Below the pieces are notes generated by a model. The model saw only the letters and a program-made list of their open reading frames with translations. It was not told the DNA's origin and searched no databases. The translations under genes and the position numbers were made by a program. From Bacillota bacterium (lineage in GTDB: Bacteria > Bacillota_I > Bacilli_A > RF39 > UBA660): a stretch of DNA of 64,000 nucleotides. Of the stretch, positions 10,221-20,262 are shown in pieces; the stretch's first letter is position 1, and the number at the start of each line of letters is the position of its first letter. The stretch lies in assembly GCA_015059495.1 (NCBI GenBank), contig SVAI01000001.1:1055811-1119810 (forward strand). Reading direction: 5' to 3'.

Positions 10221-11567
10221 ATGCCAGTTAGAAAGATGCCACAAAACTTAGAAGCAGAAATGGCTGTATTAGGTGTTGCTTTTATAGATAAAAATGCTAC
10301 ATCAAAGATTTGTGAAGAATTAACTAGTGATATGTTCTATTCTGATCAAAATAAAAAGATTTTTGAAGCAATTAAATCTATGTATGAAAGTAAAACACCA
10401 ATAGATATTACTACTATAACTGAAGAATTAGATAAAAAGAAAAATTTATCAGCAATAGGTGGAATAGAGTACTTATCAGAAGTTATTGATAGTGTTGCTA
10501 CAACATCTAACTTAGATTACTATATTAAAATAGTAAAAGATAAAGCTATAGCAAGATACCTAATCGATACTGCAAATGACATTGTAACTGATGCATACGA
10601 TTATGGTGATGATATAACAAGATTATTAGATAAATCAGAAATGAATATCTTAAATGTTGTTAAATCAAGAAGAACATCAGAATTCTCTACAATTAATGAT
10701 GTATTAAAAAGAGCAAGAGAGCAATTAGATTTCTTAGCTAAAAATAAATCTGCATTATCAGGACTTTCAACAGGATTTAAAGTTCTAGATAGGGCAACAA
10801 CAGGTTTCCATGGTGGTGAAGTTATAATCATAGCTGCACGTCCAGGTATGGGTAAAACTGCATTTGCACTTAACTTAGCTGTAGGTGCTGCTAAATCTAC
10901 AACTAAAGCAGTTGCAATATTCAACTTAGAAATGCCAGCAGAACAATTAGTTAACCGTATGATTAGTGCAAAAGGTGCCATTGAAGGTAGAAAACTTCAA
11001 ACAGGTCAATTAATGCCTAATGATTGGAATAGATATAACGAAGCAGTAGCAGAACTTGCTTCAACAAATATTTATATCGAAGACAATGCTTCAATTACTG
11101 CATCTGACATTAGAGCTAAGTGTAGAAGACTAGCACAAAGTCCAGAAGGTTTAGGACTAGTAGTAATCGACTACTTACAGTTAGTTACACTTGGTGGAAA
11201 GCGTCCTGATTCACGTCAACAAGAAGTTCAAGAAATTTCAAGAGCATTAAAATTAATGGCTTTAGAACTTAACGTACCAGTTATAGCCTTAGCCCAATTA
11301 AACCGTGCTTCTGAAAAATCTAAAACAGAACCAATGTTATCAGACTTAAGAGAATCTGGTTCAATTGAACAAGATGCCGATATCGTTATGTTTATTAATA
11401 GAGAAGATTATTATAAAGCAAAAGAAGAATTAGGTAAGAATATCAATTCAATTACTGATATAATAATTGCAAAACACAGAAAAGGTGGAGTAGGTAAGTT
11501 CCAATTAATGTTCCAACCAACAATAATGAACTTTACTGAAATAGCCGAAGTAAAGGAAAGTGAATAA
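10221..11567 (+). CDS. dnaB: Replicative DNA helicase (DnaB family; DnaC in B. subtilis nomenclature)
   Basis: 448 aa; Walker A ARPGMGKTAFALN, RecA-fold motifs; rplI-dnaB synteny. Confidence 0.9.
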   Translation: MPVRKMPQNLEAEMAVLGVAFIDKNATSKICEELTSDMFYSDQNKKIFEAIKSMYESKTPIDITTITEELDKKKNLSAIGGIEYLSEVIDSVATTSNLDYYIKIVKDKAIARYLIDTANDIVTDAYDYGDDITRLLDKSEMNILNVVKSRRTSEFSTINDVLKRAREQLDFLAKNKSALSGLSTGFKVLDRATTGFHGGEVIIIAARPGMGKTAFALNLAVGAAKSTTKAVAIFNLEMPAEQLVNRMISAKGAIEGRKLQTGQLMPNDWNRYNEAVAELASTNIYIEDNASITASDIRAKCRRLAQSPEGLGLVVIDYLQLVTLGGKRPDSRQQEVQEISRALKLMALELNVPVIALAQLNRASEKSKTEPMLSDLRESGSIEQDADIVMFINREDYYKAKEELGKNINSITDIIIAKHRKGGVGKFQLMFQPTIMNFTEIAEVKESE

Positions 11568-13083
11568 CAATATGTCTAAGAAAAATAGAATGAAAGCTAT
11601 TATTATCACTTTAATATTAGCCGTATTTGTTTTTCTAGCGGGGTTTACAAATGAAGATAATAAAATGCTTACTGTTAAATACCAAGTCTATTTAGATGGT
11701 AATGCAATAGGTATTATAAGTGATACAAAAGAATTATATGCTTTAATTAACAAAGAACAATCACAAATAAAAGATGATTATAATGTTGATCAAGTATATC
11801 CACCAAAAGGATTTGAAATTGAATCATATTTAACATACAATAATTCAATTTCATCAGTAGGGGATATCTATAATCAAATTAAAAACTCTAAATCATTTAC
11901 TGTTAAGGGTTACACAGCAACTATTTCAAATCAAGCAACTGAAAATGAAGATGCTAAAGTAAAATTTAAAGTTAATGTTTTAGATAAAAAAATATTTGAA
12001 GATGCAATCAATAATGTAATTAAATCATTTATTAATAGTGATAGATACCAAGCATATATTAACAATGAACAAGTAGAAATCAAAGATACTGGATCTTTAA
12101 TTGAAAATATTTACTTTAAAGAAAATATTACTATTAAAGAAAACTATTTAAGTATTGATGATAAGATATTTACTAGTAGTGATGAATTAACTAAATTCTT
12201 ACTATTTGGTGATATTAATGCTACTAAAAATTATGTTATAAAAAGAGGAGATACTATTAAATCAATATCTGACGAAAACAAACTTAATACATCAGAATTC
12301 TTAATAGCAAATCCACAATATAAAAAAGATACAAACATCTTAGCAGTAGGGGACGTTGTTAACGTTGCCTTAGCTAATCCACAATTAACACTAGTATCTG
12401 AAGAATATGTTATCGAAGATACTGAGGTTAAATATGATATTGATGTAAAATACGATACTAAAAAACCATCAAGTTATAAGGTTATTGAAACTAAAGGTCA
12501 AAATGGTATTCAAAGAGTTGCTAAACATATATCTTATATAAATGGTGCAATTCAAGAAGAATCATCAATTGATAAAGAACATACATATATGTTAAAAGAA
12601 GTTGTTAATGAAGTTATAGTAAGAGGTAGCATGAACTACCAAGAAAATATTACAGGATACTATGTTGACAATGGACAAAGTTGGGCATGGCCTACAAATT
12701 CACCATACGTTATTTCATCTGGTTATGGATGGCGTTGGGGTGCATTCCATGCAGGTCAAGATATCACTGGTACAGGTTATGGTTCACCAATCTACTCAAT
12801 TGGTAATGGTGAAGTAATTCAATCTGGATGGGGTGGTATGGGTGGTAGTGATGCCGGTCTAAACATCGTAATTGATCATAAGAACGGATACTATTCACTA
12901 TATGCACACCTTAGTGATACATATGTTCAAGTTGGAGATAGAGTAAGTAGAAAACAAAAAATAGGAGCAATGGGTAAGAGTGGTGTAGCAACAGGTACAC
13001 ACTTACACTTAACTATATCTACTGGTGCTGCTCCATATCAACCTGGATATAAATTTATTAACCCACTAGATTTATGGAAATAA
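11560..13083 (+). CDS. LysM-domain peptidase M23 (cell-wall endopeptidase)
   Basis: N-terminal TM; LysM (YVIKRGDTIKSISDENKLNTSEF); intact M23 motifs HAGQD and GTHLHLTI. Confidence 0.75.
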   Translation: MNNNMSKKNRMKAIIITLILAVFVFLAGFTNEDNKMLTVKYQVYLDGNAIGIISDTKELYALINKEQSQIKDDYNVDQVYPPKGFEIESYLTYNNSISSVGDIYNQIKNSKSFTVKGYTATISNQATENEDAKVKFKVNVLDKKIFEDAINNVIKSFINSDRYQAYINNEQVEIKDTGSLIENIYFKENITIKENYLSIDDKIFTSSDELTKFLLFGDINATKNYVIKRGDTIKSISDENKLNTSEFLIANPQYKKDTNILAVGDVVNVALANPQLTLVSEEYVIEDTEVKYDIDVKYDTKKPSSYKVIETKGQNGIQRVAKHISYINGAIQEESSIDKEHTYMLKEVVNEVIVRGSMNYQENITGYYVDNGQSWAWPTNSPYVISSGYGWRWGAFHAGQDITGTGYGSPIYSIGNGEVIQSGWGGMGGSDAGLNIVIDHKNGYYSLYAHLSDTYVQVGDRVSRKQKIGAMGKSGVATGTHLHLTISTGAAPYQPGYKFINPLDLWK

Positions 13084-13084
13084 A

Positions 13085-13112
13085 AGTAGTTTAATTACTA
13101 CTTTTTTATTTT
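13085..13112 (+). terminator. Rho-independent terminator
   Basis: aagtagtttaattactactt followed by a T-run. Confidence 0.5.
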
Positions 13113-13150
13113 AGGTATTTATAATATAATTAATACTAAGGAGTGTTTAT

Positions 13151-14053
13151 ATGTCAAAAGCGTTAGAAGTAAAAAAACTAAATAAATTTTTTGGTAAAAA
13201 ACAAGTATTGCACGACGTAAGCTTCGATATAGAAGAGGGTGAAATACTTGGTTTTATCGGACCTAATGGTGCTGGTAAAACAACAACTATCAAATTAATA
13301 CTAGGACTACAATCAATTAGTAGTGGAGAAGTATATATTGATGGTTTTAATATTAAAAAAGATTTTTCAAAAGCTATAGCTTCAGTAGGAGCAATTGTAG
13401 AGTCTCCAGATTTATACATGTATTTAACAGGTAGACAAAACTTAAAATTAATGTCTAGTTATTACAATGGTATATCTAAGGAAGACATTGAAGAAGTTAT
13501 TAAACTAGTAGGTTTAGAAAATAGAATAGATGATAAAGTATCTAAATATTCTTTAGGTATGAGGCAAAGATTAGGTATTGCAGCATCTCTACTTAATAAA
13601 CCTAAATTATTAATTCTAGATGAACCAACAAATGGTTTAGATCCAGAAGGAATAAAAGAAATGAGAGAGTTACTTAAGAATTTAGCTAAAAAGAAAATAG
13701 CAGTTCTTATCTCATCTCATAACTTATCTGAATTAGAAAGTTTTATTACAACTGCATGTGTTATTCAAAATGGTAAAGTAATATCAACTTCAAGTGTTAA
13801 AAAACTAAAACAAAAGAGTACTACAACATTTAAGATTGATTTAAATACTACTAAAGGTATAGATAAAGTCTTAAAAGATAACTATGAAATAATTGATGAA
13901 GATTCAATTGAACTATATGTAGAAAAAGAAGAAATAACTAAATATATTAAGAAATTAATAGATAATAAATATGAAATCTACCAAGTAGTTAAAGAAGAAC
14001 TATCACTTGAAGAAGCATTCATTCAAATGACAGGAGGTAATAAAATTGATTAA
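13151..14053 (+). CDS. ABC transporter ATP-binding protein (ABC-2 type)
   Basis: Walker A GPNGAGKTT, signature LSLGMRQRL, Walker B LLILDEPTNGLD. Confidence 0.85.
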   Translation: MSKALEVKKLNKFFGKKQVLHDVSFDIEEGEILGFIGPNGAGKTTTIKLILGLQSISSGEVYIDGFNIKKDFSKAIASVGAIVESPDLYMYLTGRQNLKLMSSYYNGISKEDIEEVIKLVGLENRIDDKVSKYSLGMRQRLGIAASLLNKPKLLILDEPTNGLDPEGIKEMRELLKNLAKKKIAVLISSHNLSELESFITTACVIQNGKVISTSSVKKLKQKSTTTFKIDLNTTKGIDKVLKDNYEIIDEDSIELYVEKEEITKYIKKLIDNKYEIYQVVKEELSLEEAFIQMTGGNKID

Positions 14054-15452
14054 GTTAGTTAAAAGTGAACTATATAAAATATTGCATAAGAAATTATTAT
14101 ATGTATTAGTAATAATCTCAGCTATATTTACAATTATCTCCGGAGTTGCTGATAAAATATATGAAAATAATTCTAATAACAATAACCTAGAAATAATCAA
14201 AACTAAAATAGATAATTATGAAAGCATGGGAGATAGAAGCAGTTATGATTATTTAGACAGTAAAACAACATATGATATTGAAAAATTAATAGAAGATAAA
14301 AACATTAAAGAAGAATCACCAGAAGAATATTATGTAAGAAATAATCTATATTCATATATTTACAATTACTATTTTGCTTTAAGTCAAGATATATCAACAA
14401 ACGGATTAAAAAATATTAAAGATACAATGGACGTAGCTATTAATAAACTAGATAACTTTGATTGGAAAGAAATTATTCAAGAAGAATTAAAAGAAATAAA
14501 TGAAACTGTATGTGAAGATAAAAGTTGTGAAGAACTAAAAAATGAAAAATTAAAAGTAGCTAATTACAGATTAGAAAACAATATACCTAAATCTTCAAAT
14601 ATTGCATCAACAACATTAGAAATGTATATAGGAAGATTTAGCGAATATCAAGAAGTAAAAGATAAAAACGAAGATCTAATGAAGTATAGCGAAAAGTATA
14701 GTAAAAGATCATTAGAAAAAGAAATCAAACCAATACAATATATGATTGATAATAAATTATTTACTAACGATTATAAAGATAATGGCTTTAAATGGACTTG
14801 GGTAGTTAATATGGGTGAAGCAGGAACTATAGTAGCAATAGCCCTTCTAGCATTAAGTGCAACAATAGTAGCTGAAGAGTTTAATAAAGGAACAATAAAA
14901 CAGTTATTAGTAAAACCATATTCAAGAACAAAAATAATAATTAGTAAAATGCTTGCTGTACTAATTACTGCTATGCTATTTAAAATAATAATATGCATAA
15001 CAACATTAATTATAGAAGCGTTGTTTGAAGGTAATATTTTGACAGTATTTGGTAAACACGTAATATATAATTTTAATACTGGTAAGTGTATATCTATTTC
15101 ATATTTTACTGAAGGATTACTTGCATATATCTATTCATTACCAGAAATAATATTGCTTGGAATATTTGTTTTTGCAGTATCTGTAGTATCAACTAATACA
15201 GCATTATCATTAGGTTTAGGATTTGGAGCATTTCTATCAGCAGGTATATTTGAACTAATGCTTGGTAGATTTAAATTTTTATCATTCTCTCCAACGCTAA
15301 ATTATAATCTAAATCAATATTTATTTGGAAATATTAGTGAATATGAAGTATTAACACTACATAAAGCAATCGCAGTAGATATAGTATCATTCATAGTATT
15401 ATTTGTATTAATACTAGTAGTATTTAATAAAAAAGATATTAAAAATCAATAA
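14046..15452 (+). CDS. ABC-2 family permease with large extracytoplasmic loop
   Basis: Overlaps the ATPase stop; N-terminal TM, about 240-aa loop, then 5 TM helices. Confidence 0.6.
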   Translation: MIKLVKSELYKILHKKLLYVLVIISAIFTIISGVADKIYENNSNNNNLEIIKTKIDNYESMGDRSSYDYLDSKTTYDIEKLIEDKNIKEESPEEYYVRNNLYSYIYNYYFALSQDISTNGLKNIKDTMDVAINKLDNFDWKEIIQEELKEINETVCEDKSCEELKNEKLKVANYRLENNIPKSSNIASTTLEMYIGRFSEYQEVKDKNEDLMKYSEKYSKRSLEKEIKPIQYMIDNKLFTNDYKDNGFKWTWVVNMGEAGTIVAIALLALSATIVAEEFNKGTIKQLLVKPYSRTKIIISKMLAVLITAMLFKIIICITTLIIEALFEGNILTVFGKHVIYNFNTGKCISISYFTEGLLAYIYSLPEIILLGIFVFAVSVVSTNTALSLGLGFGAFLSAGIFELMLGRFKFLSFSPTLNYNLNQYLFGNISEYEVLTLHKAIAVDIVSFIVLFVLILVVFNKKDIKNQ

Positions 15453-15481
15453 TAAAAAGATAGCATTTGCTATCTTTTTTT
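15453..15481. terminator. Bidirectional terminator between convergent genes
   Basis: aaaagatagcatttgctatctttttt palindrome with flanking A/T runs. Confidence 0.55.
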
Positions 15482-16847
15482 AAAATCTAAAATATATAAA
15501 TGGATTATAACTTCCAACTACTATAAATACTATTGTTAATAAGAATATAATTATTAACAAAAATTCAAAGCATTTAGATTCTTTAAATTTCTTAGGTAAT
15601 ATATTATAAGAGAATATAATACCTAGTATAAATGCTAATATATATCTAAATGAGAATATACCAGTATATAATAGATTACTTAATGAACCAAATCCATAAC
15701 ATCCAAATAATGTTTTAAATGCTATTCCTAGTTCATTAAAATCAGTTTCTCTAAATATTAACCATCCAATATTAATAATTATTAATGTAATAATATGATA
15801 AAAATATTTATTCTTAATCTTATCACTAATTAAGAACTTCTCAATTAATAATAGTATTCCATAATATAATCCCCATATAACAAAGTTCCATTCAGCACCG
15901 TGCCATAGACCTGTTAATATCCATACTACCATTATATTTCTAATATGTTTAAACTTAGTAGTCTTTGATCCTCCTAAAGGTATGTATACATAATCTTTAA
16001 AGAATGATGAAAGTGATATATGCCATCTTCTCCAAAAGTCTGTAATAGATTTAGCAGAATAAGGATATACAAAGTTTTCCATATATTTAAATCCACATAT
16101 TCTTCCTAAACCAATAGCCATATCACTATATCCACTAAAGTCATAATATATTTGTAATGTATAAGCAATTATTGCAATAACTACACCAATAAATCCTGTA
16201 TTTTGAATTCCATAATTAAATAAACTATCACATATAAATGCAACATTATTAGCTATTAATACTTTTTTAGCTAAACCTAATATAAATCTTTTAATACCAT
16301 AATTAATATCTTCACTAGTACTTGTTCTTTCGTTTAATTCTTTTTCAATGTCACTATATCTAACGATTGGACCAGCAATTAACTGTGGAAAAGCACTAAT
16401 GTATGTTGCTAATTTAATAATATTTTTTTGTACATTAACTTTCTTTCTATATACATCAATAACGTATGATAATATTTGAAATGTATAAAAACTAATACCA
16501 ATAGGTAATGATAAATTAATATTACTAATACTTAAATTAAATATTGAATTAATATTATTAATAAAGAAATTAACATATTTAAATGAGAATAATAATCCAA
16601 TATTAAATATAATTAATAATATTAATAAACCTTTACTTTTCTTTTTATCCATTAATAATGTTAAATAATAATTAACAATAATAGATATAATCATTAAGAA
16701 TATATAATAAGGTTCTCCCCATGCATAAAAGAGTAGTGAGAATAATAATAATATAATATTTCTAGTCTTTACTTTTTTAGCTATAAAATAGCAAAGAAGA
16801 AATAAAGGTAAAAACATAAACATAAATATTGTTGAAGAAAATACCAT
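15480..16847 (-). CDS. MBOAT-family membrane O-acyltransferase (AlgI/DltB/PatA-like)
   Basis: 455 aa polytopic; conserved MBOAT histidine region (WRRWHISLSSFFKDYVYIPLGG). Confidence 0.8.
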   Translation of the reverse strand: MVFSSTIFMFMFLPLFLLCYFIAKKVKTRNIILLLFSLLFYAWGEPYYIFLMIISIIVNYYLTLLMDKKKSKGLLILLIIFNIGLLFSFKYVNFFINNINSIFNLSISNINLSLPIGISFYTFQILSYVIDVYRKKVNVQKNIIKLATYISAFPQLIAGPIVRYSDIEKELNERTSTSEDINYGIKRFILGLAKKVLIANNVAFICDSLFNYGIQNTGFIGVVIAIIAYTLQIYYDFSGYSDMAIGLGRICGFKYMENFVYPYSAKSITDFWRRWHISLSSFFKDYVYIPLGGSKTTKFKHIRNIMVVWILTGLWHGAEWNFVIWGLYYGILLLIEKFLISDKIKNKYFYHIITLIIINIGWLIFRETDFNELGIAFKTLFGCYGFGSLSNLLYTGIFSFRYILAFILGIIFSYNILPKKFKESKCFEFLLIIIFLLTIVFIVVGSYNPFIYFRF

Positions 16848-16849
16848 AA

Positions 16850-18052
16850 TTATTTCACCTTCCTTGCTGTATTAAAATTATATATATCAAATAATTCTAC
16901 TTCTGCTTCTTGCATAAATAATACGTTTTTAATATTATTATCTTTTAAATATGATTCTAAATCTAAAATACCATCTTTAAACTTACCATATCTTAAATTA
17001 ACTACGTATGTATTCTTATAATTACTAGCTAATAAATAATCTACTTGCCATGCTAAAGAATCACTAATAATTAATAAATTATCATTTGATTTAGTTTTAT
17101 TATTTGTATAAATAACTTCATCGTATTGTCCATCAAAATAACCAACATAGTAATCATAAAAATCATTATTTTCTTTATAATTAAATGTTAATGGCTTAAA
17201 TTTTTTATCTTTTATATTAACTTCTAAAGTACCATCCTCTAAATAATTAGGTTTTATAATAGCTCCAAAGTGATCTTCAATGGTTTTAGATAATAAACTC
17301 TTAGCCATAGATCCATAATACAAAGAATATAAATCTTTTTCATATAAATCTTCTTCATCTATGTCTTTATCTATTTCTAAAAGATTTAATAAATCAATGT
17401 ATGCTTTTTTAGCTCCAACAGGATTTAAATGATGATCTGTTTTATAAAAATATCTATCGTATTCTTCAATATCATTTGCTTCTAATGCATCAATCTTAAA
17501 TCTGGAGTCAATCTTATTTCTAAATTCTTGATATTTATTATATATACCGTTAATATTTGTAAATGAATTTATTTCGTATCTAAGAGGCATATACATATAA
17601 AAGTTAACATCTTGATACTTATTAACTAGATTATTATAAAATTCTAATTGATTATTTAATCTCTTATCTAATTCATCTGAATTATAATTATTAACTATAT
17701 AGTAACGATAATAATTATCTGACTTATAAAATATTTTTTCGTTATCACTATTATTCTTTAAATATATATCTTTTAAATATAAACTATCTATATCAATAAT
17801 AGAATTATAATAAATACTATTTATATTTTGATATAAAGGAAAATAGTTATTAATTCTATTTTCAATGTTAGTTTCTAGACTCATTATCTTATCATATATT
17901 GGATCATTACTCTTCTCAACAACCTTCCAGTTATCTCCTTTATAAAAATCAATAACATGTAATGTTATTAATCCAGTTTTTACTACTACAAAAATAAGTA
18001 CAAAAAAAATAATAAATATAAATGTTTTACTTAATAAACTTAGTTTTTTCAT
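16850..18052 (-). CDS. AlgJ/PatB/DltD-like extracytoplasmic acyltransferase partner (DHHW family)
   Basis: N-terminal TM; TDHHLNPVGA matches the DHHW signature of AlgJ/PatB; 2-nt gap from the MBOAT gene. Confidence 0.55.
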   Translation of the reverse strand: MKKLSLLSKTFIFIIFFVLIFVVVKTGLITLHVIDFYKGDNWKVVEKSNDPIYDKIMSLETNIENRINNYFPLYQNINSIYYNSIIDIDSLYLKDIYLKNNSDNEKIFYKSDNYYRYYIVNNYNSDELDKRLNNQLEFYNNLVNKYQDVNFYMYMPLRYEINSFTNINGIYNKYQEFRNKIDSRFKIDALEANDIEEYDRYFYKTDHHLNPVGAKKAYIDLLNLLEIDKDIDEEDLYEKDLYSLYYGSMAKSLLSKTIEDHFGAIIKPNYLEDGTLEVNIKDKKFKPLTFNYKENNDFYDYYVGYFDGQYDEVIYTNNKTKSNDNLLIISDSLAWQVDYLLASNYKNTYVVNLRYGKFKDGILDLESYLKDNNIKNVLFMQEAEVELFDIYNFNTARKVK

Positions 18053-18146
18053 ATAATTACCTCTATAAATAGTTTACTATAAACTTGTAGAAAATAATAG
18101 TTTATTTTGTTATAATTAGTAATAGTTATCAAAGGAAGTGAGAAAT

Positions 18147-18920
18147 ATGAAAGTCTGTGTTTTAGCAAGTGGCAGCGAAGGAAATTCAACATATGTTGAA
18201 ACTAAAACTCATAAAATTTTAATTGATTTAGGTATGAATATGAAATACATTAAATCTAAATTAGAAGAACTTGAAGTTTCTCCAAATGAAATAGATACAG
18301 TTTTAATTTCCCACGTGCATAAAGATCACATCGGTTGTCTAGATTCATTTATTAAAAAATATGATCCTAATGTATATTTATCAAAGATAATGTATTCAGA
18401 ATTAGATAATAATAGTCTAATTAAAAGTTATGATAATATAGTATTCTTTGATACTGATTTTTATATAGATAATTTAAAAATAGAATTAATTAAAACATCA
18501 CATGATACAAAAGATTCAAGAGGATTTATCATAACAGAAAATGATAAGAGTGTAGTATATATTACAGATACTGGTTATTTAAATCAAAGATTCTTTAATA
18601 AATTAAAAGATAAGAACTTATATTTATTTGAATCTAATCATGATGTAGAAATGTTAATAAATGGTAAATACCCTAAATGGTTAAAAGATAGAGTAGTAGG
18701 TCCATATGGCCACTTATCTAATAAAGATGCATCTATCTATTTAACTAAATTAGTAGGGGAAAACACTAAAAAAATAGTATTAATGCACTTAAGTAAAGAA
18801 AATAATAAACCAGAAGTAGCATTAGATACTATAAAAGAAATATTTGATGAATACAACGTAGATTTTAAAAACATTACATACGCTAAACAAAGAGAGAAAT
18901 CGAGTGTGATGAAAATATGA
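18147..18920 (+). CDS. Metallo-beta-lactamase-fold hydrolase (YycJ/WalJ-like)
   Basis: MKVCVLASGSEGNSTYVE..., HVHKDH motif; followed by rlmH as yycJ...rlmH in B. subtilis; AGGAAG SD before ATG 18147. Confidence 0.75.
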   Translation: MKVCVLASGSEGNSTYVETKTHKILIDLGMNMKYIKSKLEELEVSPNEIDTVLISHVHKDHIGCLDSFIKKYDPNVYLSKIMYSELDNNSLIKSYDNIVFFDTDFYIDNLKIELIKTSHDTKDSRGFIITENDKSVVYITDTGYLNQRFFNKLKDKNLYLFESNHDVEMLINGKYPKWLKDRVVGPYGHLSNKDASIYLTKLVGENTKKIVLMHLSKENNKPEVALDTIKEIFDEYNVDFKNITYAKQREKSSVMKI

Positions 18921-19351
18921 TAAATATTATCTGTATGGGTAAAATAAAAGAAAAATATTTAAATGATTTAATTGATGATTATACTAAAAGAATAAGTAAA
19001 TATCATAAATTAAATATCATTGAATTACCTGATAATGACATGGACACTGAAACAAAGAATATTTTAAAACATATTAAACCTAATGATTATGTAATATCTT
19101 TAGCTATAGAAGGTAAACAACTAGATTCAGTAGAGTTATCTAATCTAATTGATAAAACATTTATAAACTATCCAATTATAGATTTTATAATAGGGGAATC
19201 TAATGGATTATCAGATGAAATAAAAAATAGATCTAATATGTTATTATCTTTTTCTAAATTAACATACCCACATGGTTTATTTAGGGGTATTCTTCTAGAA
19301 CAAATATATAGATCATTTAAAATATTAAATAATGAATCATATCACAAATAA
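18917..19351 (+). CDS. rlmH: 23S rRNA (pseudouridine1915-N3)-methyltransferase
   Basis: 144 aa SPOUT fold; overlaps the upstream stop (ATGA). Confidence 0.8.
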   Translation: MINIICMGKIKEKYLNDLIDDYTKRISKYHKLNIIELPDNDMDTETKNILKHIKPNDYVISLAIEGKQLDSVELSNLIDKTFINYPIIDFIIGESNGLSDEIKNRSNMLLSFSKLTYPHGLFRGILLEQIYRSFKILNNESYHK

Positions 19352-19381
19352 AAAAGTAAGTATTAACTACTTACTTTTTTT
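19352..19381. terminator. Bidirectional rho-independent terminator
   Basis: aaaaagtaagtattaactacttacttttttt: symmetric hairpin flanked by an A-run and a T-run. Confidence 0.6.
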
Positions 19382-19465
19382 ATTAACTAATTTAACTTTA
19401 ACGCCTCTTCTTGCGCCGAAAGCTTTCTTCTTACCATCTTTTAAATTAACTTTATAAGTTCTCAT
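19373..19465 (-). CDS. Small highly basic protein (30 aa: MRTYKVNLKDGKKKAFGARRGVKVKLVNKK)
   Basis: Not in ORF track (too short); GGAGGG SD 6-7 nt upstream of ATG; own TTAACA-17-TGcTATAAT promoter; ends in bidirectional terminator. Confidence 0.3.
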
Positions 19466-19488
19466 TATTATCCCTCCAAATCTATGCT

Positions 19489-19517
19489 ATTATAGCATAC
19501 ATTTTTAAAAATGTTAA
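19489..19517 (-). promoter_or_regulatory. Sigma-A-type promoter for the 30-aa basic ORF
   Basis: On minus strand TTAACA, 17-nt spacer, TGcTATAAT. Confidence 0.4.
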
Positions 19518-19518
19518 A

Positions 19519-20142
19519 TTATTTTTCTTTAATATCTTCAACTACTTTAGCATCTTTAACTTCAGACTTCTTATTTTTCTTTTTATCTTTCTTAACTAAA
19601 GCAACTGTTTCTTGTTTATCTTCACTTACTTTAATGCTTTTTCCAGTAAAGAAACCAACTATTTCTAATACTGCATAAACCATCATAATTACACCAATAA
19701 TTTGAATAGCTAAGTTACTTACAAGTACTGTATATAAACCTGCAGCTATTAAAAGAATAGCTATAACTAATTGAGTTGTAAATGCATTAGTATGTTTTGG
19801 CATAGATAAAGCAGTAATTAACTTTTCAATACCATTAAATAATATCCATGCTCCAATAACATATTGAATTACTAAACTAATACTATCTGATAAGATAATA
19901 AATAATATACCAATAATAACTAGTACAATACCCATAGTAAGTAATGTAGCAGGTGTATTACTATCATTTTTAGTTTCATAGTAATTTCTAACTATCATAA
20001 ATAATCCGTATAGAATTAATACTGCACCAAATCCAGATGCAACAATAGATATAACTTTATCAGCATAAGCAAATACTAAAGCACCAAATATTAAAAATAA
20101 TATTGATTTAATTAAGCTTCTTGAATTGTTTTTTAATAACAT
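19519..20142 (-). CDS. HdeD/DUF308-family membrane protein
   Basis: 207 aa, 6 TM with repeated GxxxxxG helices and a lysine-rich C-terminal tail. Confidence 0.45.
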   Translation of the reverse strand: MLLKNNSRSLIKSILFLIFGALVFAYADKVISIVASGFGAVLILYGLFMIVRNYYETKNDSNTPATLLTMGIVLVIIGILFIILSDSISLVIQYVIGAWILFNGIEKLITALSMPKHTNAFTTQLVIAILLIAAGLYTVLVSNLAIQIIGVIMMVYAVLEIVGFFTGKSIKVSEDKQETVALVKKDKKKNKKSEVKDAKVVEDIKEK

Positions 20143-20262
20143 AATTATCCTTCTTTCTAATATAGATTATAAAATAAAAACATATTTGTGTAAAGTGATT
20201 AGTTATTTCATTTAATTATAATAAACTTCGTGATATAATCAAAATAATAGGGGAGGTATGAC

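Noticed and set aside
19373-19465. Identification of the 30-aa basic ORF as ribosomal protein L33, L34 or L36
   Set aside because: There are no Cys pairs (L33, L36) and no L34 consensus beyond MRTY at the start, and the genomic context is wrong (L34 sits with rnpA). Kept as an unassigned small protein.
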